A stretch of DNA of 63,928 nucleotides, the filler included, from Hyphochytrium catenoides (Eukaryota; Protista; Hyphochytriomycota): NCBI GenBank assembly GCA_900088475.1. It is 10 parts of 10 records of this genome, joined end to end, with 100 filler letters (N's around TTAATTAATTAA, not from the genome) between each part and the next. Parts side by side here need not be neighbours in the genome. Positions count along the whole stretch, not along the records: positions 59,900 to 62,564 come from FLMG01000870.1; positions 62,665 to 63,928 come from FLMG01004741.1; 8 more parts are not named here. One strand, 5' to 3'. Both the position numbers and the translations under genes were made by a program. Shown here piece by piece: positions 61,241 through 63,928 of this stretch (its first letter is position 1; each line of letters starts with the position of its first letter). The notes beneath the pieces are model-generated. The model searched no databases. It saw only the letters and a list, made by a program, of their open reading frames with translations, and was not told the origin of the DNA.

Positions 61241-62564
61241 CTAACACTCACCTCCTTTGACTCTATGGCACCTCTTCTTTGGCGATACCTCCATGCACTC
61301 TACAACGTCCTCCAGGACCTCTCCGTCATCTTCAAGTTTCACTCTGGCCTTATTCTTACCAGGGCTAATGAGCGAGGAGTAATGCAGGGGGATATCCTCC
61401 TCAATAGCCTCATGATGTCCATCCTCTGTCGTGCTCGGAGCCGAAGCTCTTACTTCTGATACTCTAGCCGACGAGCTTGATATGAACTTAAATAAGGGAT
61501 GGCTCACACACTCTTGGGCCGTCATCCTGTCTGCCGGGTTAATCCTGATTGTTCGTTGGACAAAGTCTAAGGCTTCTTCCGACATTTTGGAGCCTAACTT
61601 TGTCTTCAGTGCTGGCAAGGTGGATTGAGCCGACAACTCAGAGGTTCGAGCGGAAATGAGTTGTTTGCTCTTCATATGACTAGGTATGGGTCCCAACAAA
61701 CTCTCGATCAGCTCTAGCTGCTGTGTTGTCGATTCTCCTAGGGGATATTGCAACATTAGTCATTACCACGAGGCCATGATACCATAGTAAGCCCTAAGTC
61801 ATGGAGCTGGGCCACTAATACAGCAAAGGGCTTACAGATGGACAAGAAGATTTGAGAAGGAGCTAGAATAATAGGACGATAATGTTCATAGCAATGAAAG
61901 GTCCAGAGCTTCGAAAGCGTGAACCTTTAGAGGCCTACCTACCCGGAAAGAGCGGCTGTCCGTCTAGCATCTCCGCCATGATGACCCCAATGCTCCAAAT
62001 GTCAGAACTAAACGAATAGCAGGACGACCGCAGTTCATTCTCTGGTGCACGGTACCAACGTGTTGCCACATAATCCGTAAGTGGCGCGCCGTCATACGGT
62101 ACGAGACGAGCGACTCCAAAGTCACATAACTTTACAGACCCTCGGCTGTCCAGCAGTATGTTCTCAGGTTTGATGTCTGTAGAGGAGGGCACTATCAGCT
62201 ATAAACTCCCTTAGTATGTTAAGCTGAGGGCCAGAAACGATAGAGGAGCCGAGCAGGTGCAGCCTAGAGGTTTTATAGGAAAAGAATCGTACTTTAACTA
62301 GGTGACATCGAGCTCACATAGCAAGCAAAGCGAAAGTACCTTTAACCCGAATGACAGAGGAGGGCACCGCTAAATGAAAGACATTAAAAGAGGCTTACCT
62401 CGATGAATTATGTTCAGTTGATGACAGGACTGAACGGCAAGGGCCAGCTCATAACCAATCTTATGTGCTCGAGGAGCAGCAATGCCGTTGGGATAACGAG
62501 AGAGAAGGTTGAAGAGATTGTCTCGGGCGTAGTCAAATACGAGACTTAGAAGGCCGTTGTAGCG
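61241..62564 (-). CDS. Cyclin-dependent kinase-like (CDKL family, CMGC) protein kinase, 5'-truncated, multi-exon
   Basis: [14 protein letters not shown]|[32 protein letters not shown] (TDY activation loop), DIWSIG...LDGQPLFPG|ES..QQL. 3' end uncertain. Confidence 0.9.
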
Positions 62565-62664
62565 NNNNNNNNNNNNNNNNNNNNNNNNNNNNNNNNNNNN
62601 NNNNNNNNTTAATTAATTAANNNNNNNNNNNNNNNNNNNNNNNNNNNNNNNNNNNNNNNNNNNN

Positions 62665-63376
62665 GGCTAGGGAGAGACACTTGCTGCCCTTCCAGATCCG
62701 CACTTTCTCTGAGGGAGAGAAGAGAAGGGAAAGTAGCTCTGTGCGGATCAACAAGCTCCTCGTTGACAAGAGTAAGTATTGAGGAGACTCCTTCTTCGCA
62801 GCTTTCCCTGTCTTCCTCTCTCTCCCTTGCTCTCAGTCTCTCTTTCTCTCTCTCTCTCTTGTGAATTGTGTTCCAAGTTCTTTGCTTGAGTGTGTTTTCT
62901 GTCTGTCACTTCTTCTTTCATCTCTTCCCCTTACAACTTCCCGTGGTTCTCTCTGAGAGTCACTACCTTCCCACTCTGGTTCTCTGGTGTCTGACACTCT
63001 GTCTCTCCCCCAGTGCGTCTTCTCCCTTTCTCGTATTCAATTTCCTGCGCGACTCTCTCTCTCTCCTTCTCTCTCTCTTTCTCGTGTTCTGTCCTTCTAC
63101 TCCTCTTCCTCTCCCCCTCATTTCTTCTTCTTTTCTCTCTCTCTCTCTTCTTCTCTTCCTTTCTCTCTCTCTCTATACATATATACTTTCTACGTCTGAG
63201 ATCAATCTTTTTCTTTTCTTTCTTTTTCTCTCTCTCTCTCTATCTATCTATTCTTTCTATGTATCTGTGATCACTCTTTGTTCTCTATGTGCATGGCTAT
63301 ACCGTCACAGTCTCCTCTCATCGTTCAACATCTCACACCTAGTGTCCCTCCCTCTTCTCCCTATATATCTACACAC

Positions 63377-63409
<33 letters not shown>

Positions 63410-63648
63410 NNNNNNNNNNNNNNNNNNNNNNNNNNNNNNNNNCTCTCTCTCTCTCTCTCTCTCTTCTCTTTGCATCAGAGATCTGCTCCCGTCGGGAGGC
63501 AGATCTCTATCTCCAGAGAGGCTGGGTGAGGGTGGACGGCCAGGTGGCGGCATTGGGAATGAAGATTCTTCCGTCTCAAAAGCTCGAAGTTGACATTCCC
63601 ACGGATCTGCAGAAGGACAAGGTCAGAAACAGGAGATGCTTGAAGGAG

Positions 63649-63686
<38 letters not shown>

Positions 63687-63928
63687 AGAGAAAAGAGAGA
63701 GAGCAGAGAGAGAGAGAAGAAAGGAGAGACAAGAACTGGCAGAAAAATTGAAGGGAGCCACTCTTTCTATCCTAAGGAGGAACAGGAGTTACGGAGTCTC
63801 TCCTACTCCGTTCGGACATCTCTCTCTTCTCAGTGTGGCGGCCCCTTACTCCCTTCTTACCCACATCTGTCTCTCTCCTTTCTCTCTCTCTCTCTCTCTC
63901 TCTCTGTTGATAGGTGAACATCATGATG
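62665..63928 (+). CDS. S4-domain rRNA pseudouridine synthase (RsuA/RluB/RluF family), partial; not shown in the ORF track
   Basis: Splicing 62771^63479 and 63621^63914 gives VRINKLLVDKKICSRREADLYLQRGWVRVDGQVAALGMKILPSQKLEVDIPTDLQKDK|VNIMM, matching the R.NK...CSRREAD...G.V..DG S4 signature. The catalytic domain lies beyond the window. Confidence 0.82.

Overview
Eukaryotic (protist-like) genomic DNA, not prokaryotic. Ten scaffolds are concatenated with artificial N-TTAATTAATTAA-N spacers, so synteny holds only within each piece. Most genes have GT-AG introns rich in (AG)n/(CT)n tracts and use the standard code, so most entries in the ORF track are exon fragments or spurious. Recognisable genes: two tandem purple acid phosphatases, a GH47 alpha-1,2-mannosidase, a DsbA/FrnE-like oxidoreductase, a THOC1-like fragment, a PPPDE/DeSI peptidase, PRMT4/CARM1, an armadillo-repeat protein, XAP5/FAM50, a Gly/Ser-rich repeat protein, a CDKL kinase, an S4-domain pseudouridine synthase and decayed Ty1/copia pieces. 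The most notable region is a ~16 kb intron-free island (11.3-27.7 kb) holding four paralogues of an uncharacterised multi-pass membrane protein that appears internally duplicated. They form two subfamilies: one intact, and one disrupted, including a copy whose only lesion is a TGA at a position that is Cys in two paralogues. Other notable structure: two ~210-220 bp inverted-repeat pairs (one a probable pair of opposed LTRs), a 69-nt hairpin, introns with complementary AG-rich 5' and CT-rich 3' ends, and a duplicated GC splice donor. All alignments were done by eye. A stramenopile-like origin is an inference only.
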